DNA from: Lepidodermella squamata
Taxonomy: Eukaryota > Animalia > Gastrotricha
NCBI GenBank assembly: GCA_047495785.1
Contig: JBLDXI010000004.1
Span: forward strand, 2,666,001 to 2,730,000
Length of the DNA: 64,000 nucleotides
Direction: 5' to 3'
Both the position numbers and the translations under genes were made by a program. Below are positions 52,535 through 63,941 of this stretch, in pieces. Below the pieces are notes generated by a model that had not been told where the DNA came from, ran no database searches, and saw nothing but the letters and a program-made list of their open reading frames with translations. The first letter of the stretch is position 1, and every line of letters starts with the position of its first letter.

Positions 52535-52894
52535 ATGGCAACTAAGGTTTTCCTCGCTGCGCTGGTCGCCTTTTCTTGCATTGCTTTAGCAGGTAATTTT
52601 AATCATTTTCTATCGATGTTGTCGCCGATGTAGCTTTCACGCACAGTGGCAGTCACCAGTATCAATGGATATGCCGCTACAACAAATATTTACTGCAATA
52701 ACCGGGAATTCGAGACATATTCTAGCGCCACTGATGCTTCACAATGCGCCAAGATGTGCGATACTAGAAGGAGTAAAACGGGCTGCTCGTATTTCATCTG
52801 GGCAAAGTCGGCGCGTGGTTACAGCTGTTATCTGTTCAGGAGTTGTGATCCCATAGAATTCAAATTCGATGGCGCGTTGTATAAGAGGCAGTAA
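52535..52894 (+). CDS. Small secreted PAN/apple-like domain protein, two coding exons
   Basis: TATAAAA at 52443; MATKVFLAALVAFSCIALA signal; GT-AG intron; YCNN...SQCAKMC...GCSYFIW...CYLFRSC cysteine spacing. Confidence 0.75.
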
Positions 52895-53310
52895 TCTCGA
52901 AAGAGGCAACGGCGAATGATGACGGGTCGATGTTCGACCACATTGATGAGGATGAGATTGATGAATAGCAAGGTCCATATAATGAATAATAAAAATGAGC
53001 GGATAAACTGCCACGACTTTTAGATCACTACATTACAATTTCAGATAATGTTGACTGTGCTTGCTGTTTTCATTGCTGACGTAAACGCTGTACGCTGTAA
53101 GACCACTCGAATCCGGTGATTGTCAAATTTAAACGCGACTGATTCTGCCAAATCAAATCATCGACGCCGATAGATCAGGATGTTGCGGCGATTGGAAGTA
53201 CTCTGTGCTGAGCATGAAAAACCTTGAACAGTATGAGTTTGATCGAGTTAAATCTTAAATTTCAGGGCTTCAATAAGTATTCTTCATTTCTTCGAGATTC
53301 TTCATTTCTA

Positions 53311-54002
53311 GCACATTTTCAGGCCCGCCTGTGTTACGGCTCTGCGCGCGCTCCTATTGGTCAGCTCATTTTGAACTGAAATCAAAGGGTAATCTATGAA
53401 TTTCACGTCGGCTTTTACAACAAAATGAAGTAAATTGAATTCTCTATCGATTGAATATAGATTTGTTACGATTGAAGTTTGAGAATTAAACATTTTACGT
53501 GCACACTTTTTACTTGGTGGTGCGCTCGCGTGAGGTCACCCGCTTTAATTTTTCAGTGCACGTAAAACTTTTTCCCTTTCAATTTTTCGAGCGAGAACCC
53601 CATATTCAATCGATAGAGGATTAAATTCTCTTCATTTTGGCATAAAAACCGACACAAAAATTTCAAGTTACTCTTTGACAACTGCGCGTGCGGTAAAATT
53701 AGCGATAAATAACAGTGCGCACGACTTGGGCGAGTGAGCGTGCCTTGTAAATATGTCCTAAAGTTAGCCATGTTTGCTTATTTTTCGTACCTACCATGCA
53801 AATTTTATATCGATAGATGTCGATTTTTCGATTGAAATTAATTTTTATAAATCTGATAAAATATATGCTTTTTGGGTTAAAATTGGTTCAGTTGTGCACG
53901 CACGCACTTGCGGCGCGCATGTGTTGCGTAACAGTGTGCGCGAAATGGCCGACCAATAGGAGCGCGCGCAGAGCCGTAACGTAGGCGGGCCTGATAATGT
54001 GC
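53311..54002. mobile_element. Mutator-like MITE
   Basis: ~52 bp TIR GCACATT.TCAGGCCCGCCT..GTTACGGCTCTGCGCGCGCTCCTATTGGTC; 9-bp TSD TCATTTCTA. Confidence 0.9.
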
Positions 54003-54013
54003 TCATTTCTATG

Positions 54014-54149
54014 GGGCTGTTCACAAACTATTCGCAATTATATATGAAAAGTACTACACTAATAATAATAAATGTACTGCGCCAGTACTCGCATTATTAT
54101 TAGTGTAGTACTTTTTATATATTATATCGAATAGTTTGTGAATAGACCC
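54014..54149. repeat. Palindromic MITE
   Basis: GGGCTGTTCACAAACTATTCG ... CGAATAGTTTGTGAATAGACCC; the whole element folds back. Confidence 0.8.
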
Positions 54150-55029
54150 TATTAATTGTTTTAAAGCAATTCAATTTTTTTTATTTATTTTGCTAGTATT
54201 CAATCTGAAACGTGTGAATGAAGTCGAACAGGTCTTGAAAATGTTATAACTAATAAATCAATAATCGATCGAAACACACATCTGGTTTTTGAAGCGTGAC
54301 AAACACCGAAAAATAGCACGAGCGAGACGGGGTTGTTTTTCAGTTTTGAAATCAACAAAATCAGGCAAGAAAAACAACAATATTGTTACTTCGCGCAGCA
54401 ATAGACTATTTCTCAGTTTTTTTAGATTTTCCGATTCGATTTGAGAAGGATAGGCTTGTCGAAGAAGCGTGATGTAACACAATCGCTTGAACTTGTTTGA
54501 TATGAAAGTCGTACTCGGCCTTGCAAAATCTCCTGATAAATGAGATTCAACCGTCCTCAAGTCTACGGTTTATTCCAATGCTGGCAACTTGTCGAAGCTC
54601 TACTGGATCCGACTGGATGGAAGAAATTCAAGCTTTCGCCACAGTTTTTGGAGTTTCATTGACAAATTTGACTTAACAACCGCCTTGATGGCGTTCGAAA
54701 GGAATTTTTGAAGATTAAATTGTGAATATTGAAAATATGGAATTTAACTTTTTTTTACAACGCTTGGAATTTCTACGCTTGGATAACTGGATACCTTTAT
54801 TTTTCAAACATAAAGAAGAGGCAAGTTACAGTTCCACGAAATGCGAACGAGAAAATAAAATTATAAATAAATGCATGGCCAAATTGTTAGAGAATGGTGA
54901 ATCTTATTGTATGCAGCATCGGACACAACGGCTTTCGTTTGAATTATGGGTCCCAGGTCCCAGCAGTTGGCCGTCTAATCACGGATCCTTGTCAAGAATC
55001 GCGTGTTCTGCGTAAGTTCGGAGTAAGCG

Positions 55030-55171
55030 CAGGGCGCGAAAGACGGGGGGAATGAGGGGTATCGTACCACGCAGTTCGGCAGGCCAAAGAGGAGAAACCC
55101 CCAAAAAACCACAGTCATAAAATTGGGGCCCGAAAATACCCCCTAGTTCGAGGATCCTAATTCGCGCACTG
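55030..55171. mobile_element. hAT-like MITE inserted in exon 2 of the pseudogene
   Basis: Ends CAGGGCGCGAA / TTCGCGCACTG; 8-bp TSD AGTAAGCG; removing it restores the reading frame. Confidence 0.9.
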
Positions 55172-55584
55172 AGTAAGCGTAAAATGCCCAGCCGCCACTT
55201 CTCTTGGCCGCAAATTTCCATGAGCTCCCGCAAAGGTGGGTAGCATCCATGCCTACTGCATGTTGGCCCTTGTGATGCGCTGCCATAGTCCAACCAGCGC
55301 CGTGTGTCCTAGCGCAAATTATCACCGAATGTGGCAGATGTCAGATCGGTTCCTGAAATAGATGAGGAACAATGAAAAAATGTTGTACATACAAGTTTCG
55401 CCTCTAAAACTACAAAATGTAAGCAAATTACTACTTTCATTTAGGAAAATTATGGAATAAATTCACTGAAATTTGAAATATTTGGAATTAAAGATCTACC
55501 ATCTATTTTTTTTAATTGAGTACTTTTGTTAAATATCTGCGTATCGATTTTCGAATTCTAAGATTTCTTAAATAATAATTTACC

Positions 55585-56451
55585 ATGGCCCAACTCAATC
55601 TGGAGACGGCGGAACAATTTGCGACGCTAAACCAGCTGATCGATGACGTGGCTGATCTCGAACTACGAGATAAAATTCGTAGGTCGGTGGCGATCATCCA
55701 AAACGGAGTGCTGGTGGGCATTTTCGCCAAACAAGCTCGAGACGACAAGGAGATGTTGGAGCACTTGGCCGAAAAAATTGCCAACGAAGATTTACTCGTC
55801 ATTTCTGGACTGCCAGAGAAAAACTGGCAAGAGGAGGTGAAAAAGCTGTTGCCGATAAACCTCCCTAAGTGGACAATCCAGGAACGCAAGGCTGATGGGT
55901 CGGTTGTCATCGAGCTGATCGAGGACGCAAGGCAAGCCAAACAGCGAATCTTTGCGGAGGCTAGAAAGTGGAGGTCGCCACTTAGGGCCTCGAACCCAGC
56001 AACTGGCCACATCCGCGAGGTAGGCGAGCTCCTCGAAAAGGAGAAGAAGGTCCTGGAGGAACAAGGTTTCCAAGGACTCGAAATACGAGGGGCGAACCTC
56101 GTACAAGGCAGGGCCGTTCTGACGAGATATTTCTCTCGTGGGAACAGGCTAGTAACCAAGCATGCGCCTATGGAGGACTTCAAGCCGGAAGAAAAGCCAG
56201 TTGGACCACAGTGCTTTGGCTGTTTTGAGTACGGACACATGCGATATCAATGCCCGAACCAAAACAACGGAAATGGCTACTACCGAAACAACTTCAACGG
56301 TTTCGACAACAACTACCAGCAACGTCGTCCCGGGGGAAACAACTTCCGTGACGAATACCACGGCAACCGTAAAAATTATAACGGCAACAACTACAACGGC
56401 AACAACTACAACGGCAACAACTATGGCTATGGCCGCCGGCCCAACTGGTAG
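55585..56451 (+). CDS. LINE ORF1, gag-like, with a zinc knuckle and an N/G/Y-rich tail
   Basis: CFGCFEYGHMRYQC (CX2CX4HX4C); NYNGN repeats; intact 288 aa. Confidence 0.85.
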   Translation: MAQLNLETAEQFATLNQLIDDVADLELRDKIRRSVAIIQNGVLVGIFAKQARDDKEMLEHLAEKIANEDLLVISGLPEKNWQEEVKKLLPINLPKWTIQERKADGSVVIELIEDARQAKQRIFAEARKWRSPLRASNPATGHIREVGELLEKEKKVLEEQGFQGLEIRGANLVQGRAVLTRYFSRGNRLVTKHAPMEDFKPEEKPVGPQCFGCFEYGHMRYQCPNQNNGNGYYRNNFNGFDNNYQQRRPGGNNFRDEYHGNRKNYNGNNYNGNNYNGNNYGYGRRPNW

Positions 56452-59400
56452 GCCGGGCACCACCCACTCCCAACGCTCAACAGATTCGAACTATTAGCTG
56501 ACTATGATGACTTTCGATCAGTGACCTGTGATGAAGATGATGAGGACAATGGAGAGGGCGAAGGCAGCATGAAAAATGACAAGAAACTACCTATAAAACG
56601 GCTAAAATGTAAGAGTAAAACAACCTTGCGCCAATCATCAAAAATTAAGGACGATAATGTTTTCAAAATTTGTACTATCAATACTACTACGCTAAATAGG
56701 AAAGAAGAGGAAACAAATTCTGAACTTCGTCTATATGACGCAGTGGCTTTGCAAGAGCACTGCAAAAAAGGCCAAGGCCGTATAAATCTTAGGCATGGCA
56801 CGATTTATTATAGTGGCGTAAATGATGGTAAGGCACAATCAGGGGCCGCACTATATGTTGGACGATGCAAATATATACATGTCATCGAGGTCAAATATAT
56901 CAATGAACGTATTATATCGGCTAGGCTTAAAGTAAATCGCGATATGTTTAACATTATTTCCGTCTACGCACCAGCAAATAATTGCACCAAAACATTAGAC
57001 GCCTTTCTTCAAGTACTGCAACAAGAATATGCGCGTTTGAACTCAAAAACAGGCACTACAATTGTAATGGGAGATTTGAACGGCCGGATTATGAGTGCAC
57101 AAAAATCAAAAACTGTAGGCCCTTATGGTGATAACATTAGAAATGATAAAGGAGATTTATGGATTGAATTTGCAAACAGCAACAATCTGTGTTTTATTAA
57201 TACGTTTTTCCCCAACATTGGGTACACATGGCAAAGGGGCAACGGAAAAACCCTTCGTAGATCCTTCTTAGACTACATCTTGGTCGATAAAAGCGAAAAA
57301 GATAAATTTGATGTTTGCGACGTTCAGGAAGAACCCATACTCGAATCAGATCATAGGCTAGTTCGTGGTGTTATTAAGTGCCCAAACTTTCAACGGAAAA
57401 AGGTTGACATTAAAAAATCAATTAAACATCATTTGCTTAGGAATGAGGAAAACAGTTCCAAGTTTAATGAAATTTTAGCTAGCAACATCGCAAATGAAAA
57501 CGAAAACCCTGTCTCAATAGAAGAGAAGTGGGTGAACACTAAATCTAACCTACTGGATGCTGCCAGATCCTCCTGCGGTGAACGAAAAGTAGGCAAAATT
57601 AGCGAAAAACCGCTCTGGTGGACACCATTAGCCAACAAAATCATTCAAAAAGGTAAAGAAAATTTTAAAAACTACACCAAGGGCCACATAGACCGAGAGA
57701 ATTATACAATAGCTAGAAATGAGAAAAATCAGGCCCTTGAACGCTTGAAAATTATTAAGGATCAAACTGAATTTTCTGAATTGGACAAATTACTTGAAAA
57801 TCCGACTGATTATGATAATATCAAAAAATTCTGGCTGGAAATAAAAAAATTGAGGGGAGAAAATAGAGAGAAAAGCGAACCCAATCCTCTTGAAAAAGAA
57901 GACGGCTCACTTACCAGCGGAATTGACGAAATATTAGAAGTTATGAAAAAGTATTTCATTGATCTTCTACAAGGACTTGAAAAGGAACCCAATAACCCCG
58001 ACGATGAAATTCTATTAGATAAAAATCCAAATTTAACAGAAATTACTCTCACCGAAATTAAAAATGCCATCGACCACATGAAAAACGGTAAAGCCCCGGG
58101 TATAGATGAAGTAAGACCCGAAATGATCAAAGCTCTGAGCGAGGCCAATATTGAATGGCTCAGGGAAATTTTGAATCGAGCTTGGATAGATAAGAGGGTC
58201 CCAGAAGAATGGTCAACGGCTATAATTACCCCAATTTATAAAAATAAAGGTGAGAAATCAAAATGCTAAAATTACAGAGGCATCAGCCTCTTATAAGTGT
58301 TGTAGGAAAACTCTATGCCATTATTCTCGAACGAAAATTGAGAGCATTAATTGGGTCAAAAATTTCTAAACTGCAATTTGGTTTTCAACCCCTCAAGGGC
58401 ACCAGAGACTGCATTTACGTTCTCCGACAAATTATAGAGAAAATTATATTCTTTAAGAAGGAACTCCACCTAGTCTTCATCGATCTCGAAAAAGCCTATG
58501 ATCTGGTGGACAGGGAAAAAGTATGGGCCGCCCTCCAAAATATGGGTGTAGAACCCAGCTTAATTGAAGCTATTCAAAGTCTATATAAAGTAAATAAAGT
58601 TGCTGTTAGAGTCGATTCTGAGCTCTCAGATTTCTTCTATGTTACCAGGGGACTAAGACAGGGTTGCCCGTTGTCTCCTTTGCTATTCATAGCGACCTTC
58701 AACAAAATTTGCGAAAAAATATCTGCTGAAAAATTAGGCTTTCCTATTAGCGAGACCGCAAACAGCGAGACCGCTATGAGCGAGACTGATTTCCTAAATT
58801 TACTAGCGTTTGCTGACGACGGAACACTTTTAGGCATGAACCACGACGAAATTTCACGACTACTTCACATTTTCGATTTGGCTTGCACCGAATTGGGTCT
58901 GAAAATTAACGCGGCAAAAACTCAATATATGATTATTTCTAGAGACGAGTCAGCCACTCAAAATTACGAATTGGAATTGAACGGGAAAAAACTTGAAAAA
59001 GTGACCAAATTTAAATATTTAGGGAGCATTATTACCAGTGACGGCAAAATCGATGAGGAACTAAACTACAGAATTTCTAAGGCAGGCAGTGTTTTCGGCG
59101 CCATGAATAAATTCATGTGCAACAAAAGTCAGGTTTCCATAGCTACAAAACTTAAGGTACTGACATGTGTTATAATACCTGCCATCATTTACGCCTGCGA
59201 ATCGTGGAACATATCGATAGCCCAAGAAAATAGACTAAACACTATAGAATATCGATGGCTTCGATCTATAGTAGGTGTCCACCTAATGGACTATATTCCA
59301 AATATAGACATTCGACTTGCGTTATGCGGAGGTCTCATTGAAGTGAGCCGCATTGTTGAAAAACAAAGGCTAAGGTATCTAGGGCACATAATTAGGTCAC

Positions 59401-59793
59401 GTGACTATGGACTATGACGTAGAAGGACTAATACACAAAATATATATTTGGACGCCTCCGCTTGGGTGGTTTGCACCCAGAGGTAGACCTCGAACCAGAT
59501 GGATCAACGGAGTGCATAGAAGCCTAATTAAAGTAGGTCTTACTAAGGAAATTCGCCGGAAAAAGAAAACCAATATGAACAATAAGGTCAAGGATAAGAA
59601 AAATAAAGCCACTAAGAAACGAGAAAATAGAAAAAATCCCGGCGAAAAGGATTTTGAGATCAAAATTATTCCCGATGTCCAACTAGCGGAATCGGTTTCT
59701 TTTGAAAAAGATGAATGGCGCATGGTTGTTAACTCGATTGAAAATTACGAATTCTATACAAAAAGCAGAATCCTCGACTGTGGGGGTGGGTGA
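56452..59793 (+). pseudogene. LINE ORF2 (AP endonuclease + reverse transcriptase), disrupted
   Basis: ALQE, ISVYAP, GDLNG, LDYILV, SDH, KAPGID, NYRGISL, FIDLEKAYD, GLRQGCPLSP, FADD, RGRPRTRW; stop at 58267, frameshifts at ~58290 and 59403-59416. Confidence 0.92.
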
Positions 59794-61001
59794 GGATCAT
59801 TCTTCGCCTGCCTTCGCCCTCTTCAAAACCGGAAACGGTACACGACGCTCAGTCCCGAAGAGGATAAATAAAAACATTATTATATTATATTATTATTACT
59901 TTTGTTAATTTATTAATTTTTATCATCTGTATGAAAATGAATAAATCAAAAATTTTGAAAAAAAATAAAAAACTGATGCAACCTTCGGACAAAAATCCGG
60001 TTTTACCCTTGATAGATTTCGTGAGAGCAGCTAGACCTCCGAGCCAGATGTGGTAAAACTCCGGGTTCATAGCGCATCCGGTGATGTAGGCCACCATCGG
60101 ATAGCACGGGCGTGGCAAAGTATCAACTTTCACGCAAAGAACCGGCAAGACGTTTGTGCAGTTCGTATCACCTCGAGAAAAATTGCAGTTCGAACAGCCA
60201 ATTCAATACCAAGCGTTGATAGGTGAGATTCAACTGCCCAAGTCAGGCCCTTGCCATTAGCTGCCAAGGCAGGGTTAAAGGCGCAAATGGAGACGGTAAA
60301 AACGGCCGTAATTAACACTTTAAGCGCCGGGGTTTTTCACGTGTACCATTCCTGCAGCGCCGGGGTATTTTCGATGTACCTACCAAAAAATTCGACCCCC
60401 AGATTATTATATTTTCTTGAAGTTCATGGAATTCTAAGATCATTGGTCAATGTCCCGAATTTTTCTAACTCATCCTTATAGCAGATAGGAATTGCCGTAG
60501 CTGGGCCACTCGACGGCTTACGCCCTTTTTGGCAATTCGAGCCTAACCATGGAAATTGGCAAAACGTTTCAAGGACGTTTTGAATAGATATTTAGTGTGT
60601 TCGAAATTGCTAGGGAGATGAGTTATGACAATTGCGCGTCCGCGAATGAGGACAAAATTTCGGCGTAAGGGGGGAGTATTAGATGCGCAAAACATACATG
60701 AGCGAGGTATGACTCATCACACACACAACACTTCCCTAAAATAACACTATAAAATGAGACGAACGCACATATAAATGGGCCGAGCCCACTGGCATAATCA
60801 AAAGCCCATTGAAAGGTGAATCGGCTACGTTCTGTATCAATGGCGTTGCCAACGTCATTGTCGTGAATTCAAAGGCATTGAGAACCTATACAGCTGTGAT
60901 TTGACACACCTGGTCAATGAAAGCTCTGCAAAAGTAAGTATTCTATATAATTTAATTTTCTGCTCGAATATAAGCTCGTCTGGCGCATTGCTAGCATTCC
61001 G

Positions 61002-61858
61002 ATGGATGCCTCCATTTGCGCAGTAAATTATTATTCAACCAACTCAGGTAGCAAGAAGATCAGCATAGGAAAAGAGTGGAATAAGAAGAAAGACCCAGCG
61101 CCTCATTTGAGCTGCTTATATCTAGCTTACAAATACCGGCAACGTCAATCACGGTTTCTCGTTCGATTGCAGCGAGAGTTTACAACCAAATTTGGCATAA
61201 AAATTGTTCCAGCGTACGGTACATTGTTAGGTAAGGGCTTTATATCGAATCTGCAATCATTTATCGATTGATTTGGCAAAAGGCTTCATGCGAGAAGGGG
61301 ATATAATTCCCTTCGACGATGATCTGGATTTGTTTGTTACGAAGACTCAATTTGGCGATTTAATGCAGTTTTACGAGCAAGGCAGGCCAATAAAAAAACA
61401 GAAGGATCAAAGAATAGTCAAGATCGAAGGAACGGATGGAAAAATGAAAACATGGGTGCTTGGAATTGAAAGAGGCGATCGGAAAGAAATTTCACACATA
61501 TCTGTATATTCATGGCAAACGAACATCGTACAATGGCCGTTTGCAGAATTCTTTCTGGATGAGCGATTTCATGTAACTAATTGACATATTTTAATCCTGC
61601 TTGTCATTTTAATTTTTGCAGGAAAACACGAAATTGACTGCGGAAACCGTGAAACTCAAGGCTGATTCAGGAACTGAGTTCAGATACTATCTACCCGATT
61701 TCTGGCGGGAGTTTCTTGTTGAAAATTATGGTGATGATTGGCAAACCGTGGTGAAAATTGCCGGTGGACACAGAACAGACCACGACAAGAACTTGCAGAG
61801 CTCAACAAACTGTTGCTATGATTTCAGAACAGGATTACTAGTAGCGCAGCGAGCCTGA
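61002..61858 (+). CDS. LicD/fukutin-related nucleotidyltransferase-fold protein (at least 3 exons; 5' end uncertain)
   Basis: AYGTLL|GFMREGDIIPFDDDLDLF joined by a short GT-AG intron; C-terminal LVENYGDDWQT. Confidence 0.8.
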
Positions 61859-62357
61859 GAATGAGTGAGATCCTCAGATTTTCAGATTTTCTTTCCCACC
61901 TAGATAATGATGTATCCAAGGAGCAGTAAACTGCACAAATTTGATGTGTTTCTTCCGCTTCTGGCTCAAAAGCTCAAAATGTGCCTATCGACAACGTTTT
62001 TCAACGACCCACGTTGTGGTTGAAAACTTGTCCAAATATTACGAGTCATATATCATTCGAAAGCCAGTAAAGTACAGATTAAAAAATTGGGATTGGAATT
62101 TCAAGTTTCGCTAACGTTTGTTGCAATCTTACGATACAGTGGCCGTATCCTTCAACTGTCGTGATGTCTTGAACTGTACTATTCCAGCAGCAACATGTCT
62201 CTGACAATTGCGCGTTCACGAATGAGGACAAAATTCCGGTGTAAGGGGGGAGTATTCGTGGGAAGACGTGAGCACACCTTACAAAAGAAATGTAGTTTTC
62301 CTTTTCTTTAATTCAATTTTTGTCAGAATCTATGCAGGTGTAAATGAGCCGGTTATA

Positions 62358-63137
62358 TTAAATTACGTATAATTCAGCATGGTTACTGTTATGATATACA
62401 AATATAATTGGTAATAATACTGTCACAATTAAGGTGATCTTAGCAGCCTCGTTTTTTATACCCTTGGACTTTGGGGTAGACGACGACCAGCTGGTCGACC
62501 AGCTTGTCGACCAACCGGAGCGGGACCACGCGGAAGACGCCCATGCAGTCCATTGACTCTGCAATTTTGCATCGCTCCAAGCGAGCCAAGAAGGTGTGTA
62601 GGAGTTCGAAGCCGTAATTCTGGTATCTAACAGCGTTGTTGTAGGGTTGCAAAAGTCGTTGCTATTTGAACACCCTGCGGAACAACAGACACAGAATAAA
62701 GCCCATCCAGGGTCATCATAATTTATCTCTTCTGTAACCACAGGATATTTAGTCCGACTTTCTATACATGTTGGTACATAGGTGGCTAGGATGCAATTGT
62801 AGGCAAATTTTATTTCGGAGCCTTTCGAAGGTCGCGAGATGGTTACAGAAACCTGCAAGCGTGACATTTAGAAGAAAGCTCTTTAATGAATAACCTATTC
62901 TTACAGCGCATTGACCACATCCTCCAACTGTCGTAGCATCTGTAGTCGAGCCGTTCAGGCAACTGAAACCAGAGCTTGTACTTATTGACTGTACAAGAAC
63001 TACCTGTAAGATTATGCAGTACATAATTTCAGTAATATATTTTATCTCACAGCGAAATATTGTTCAAATAGCAAAATGAGCACGGAATGAGAAAGCAACT
63101 TCTGTACTGAGAATCCTGTAGCCAATAGCAACACCAT
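62358..63137 (-). CDS. Probable GPI/membrane-anchored Cys-rich (Ly6/three-finger-like) protein, three exons
   Basis: FSCLNG...GCGQCA|VSV...C...C...CVCCSAGCSNSNDFCN, a Ser/Trp-rich linker and a hydrophobic C-terminus; ATG 63137 tentative. Confidence 0.55.
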
Positions 63138-63323
63138 TAGCTACCCTATTCAACCTATTTAACAGGTGAAAAGAATTGATAAGTACGAGTGGGGTACAGC
63201 GGAGTGAAAGTTCCCGGGAAAGCAAGCGAGTGAATGATAGATTAGAAACGCTTCGCCTCTCATTAACAAAATATGAAAAAACATATCATCAATACATTTA
63301 GACCTATTGAGCTCGCCTGCAGT

Positions 63324-63941
63324 TTATTTTTTCCGCTCTAACCTATTTATTTTCTCCAAGAGTTCGCTGCGGAAATTGTTAGGGAAAGTTGACTGAAGCG
63401 ACGTTTTGAGGTTGAATTTCATGTCAATATACTTCTCATGCTCTTTTATTATCAAATTATATTCAGTTTCAGTGATGTTTCCGTCCTCTAAAGCTTTTGC
63501 GATCATATCACCCATTGAGTTCAGCTTTGAAGATGCCAGAGTGCATATGCGTTCGTGCTTTTGAGCTTTATCTTCTAAGGCACTCGCAGTAGCATTCACA
63601 ACTACGCTAAGAACTCCTCCGCCAAGGGCAACTCCTTCGAGAATAACTGCGATAGGAATACCGGCAACAGTAGTAAGGACACTAATCCCACCAATACCCG
63701 TCAAAATTGATACGCCGGTTATACCTGTGTTTAATTTTAAACAGATTTTAGCCAATTTTTTATATTTTCTGTATAGTTTGTACCTCATTTCCATCTCTTT
63801 GTCCAAGAATTCTTTCAGGCGCCGCAGTTCTGAAAGCCTGAATTCTTGCACCGGCGAACTCGGAAATGATAAGCGTGGTGCGGTCGGATAAATATGACTA
63901 TTATCAGCTCGCACGTGAACTTGTGTATCACTGCTATTCAT
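63324..63941 (-). CDS. Intronless 205 aa protein resembling a Polinton/Maverick (adintovirus) accessory membrane protein
   Basis: FRLSEL...LYRKYKK, Gly-rich hydrophobic hairpin, KHERI..LASSKLN...KALEDGNITETEY; resemblance is from recall only. Confidence 0.55.
   Translation of the reverse strand: MNSSDTQVHVRADNSHIYPTAPRLSFPSSPVQEFRLSELRRLKEFLDKEMEMRYKLYRKYKKLAKICLKLNTGITGVSILTGIGGISVLTTVAGIPIAVILEGVALGGGVLSVVVNATASALEDKAQKHERICTLASSKLNSMGDMIAKALEDGNITETEYNLIIKEHEKYIDMKFNLKTSLQSTFPNNFRSELLEKINRLERKK

Larger units (their letters stand above)
55533..59896 (+). mobile_element. Apparently full-length LINE (RTE-like APE-RT) with a CCHC ORF1
   Basis: 12-bp TSD TACTTTTGTTAA (55521-55532 and 59897-59908); AATAAA and (ATT)n tail; ORF1 plus APE/RT ORF2. 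Confidence 0.92.
54957..60318 (-). pseudogene. Two-exon pseudogene of a secreted Cys-rich protein resembling a bacterial (myxobacterial/xanthomonad-type) family; start uncertain
   Basis: Exon 1 (~60318-60007): KGLTW...GCSNCNFSRGDTNCTNVLPVLCVKVDTLPRP...EFYHIWLGG. Exon 2 (55352-54957): GTDLTS...ICARTHGAGWTMAAHHKG...GGWAFYAY...TRF...D*TANCWD. Two frameshifts, one stop, MITE in exon 2, LINE in the intron. Family match is from recall. Confidence 0.7.

Noticed and set aside
54230-54720. Possible coding remnant
   Set aside because: Stops in the frames examined and no recognisable motif.
54950-55350. GC-rich block as a LINE 5' UTR ribozyme or IRES
   Set aside because: It lies outside the LINE TSD and is explained as a minus-strand exon plus a MITE; no HDV or hammerhead core found.
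55512-56240. 242 aa antisense ORF and the 56162-56497 Thr-rich ORF
   Set aside because: Shadow frames of LINE ORF1 and its repeats.
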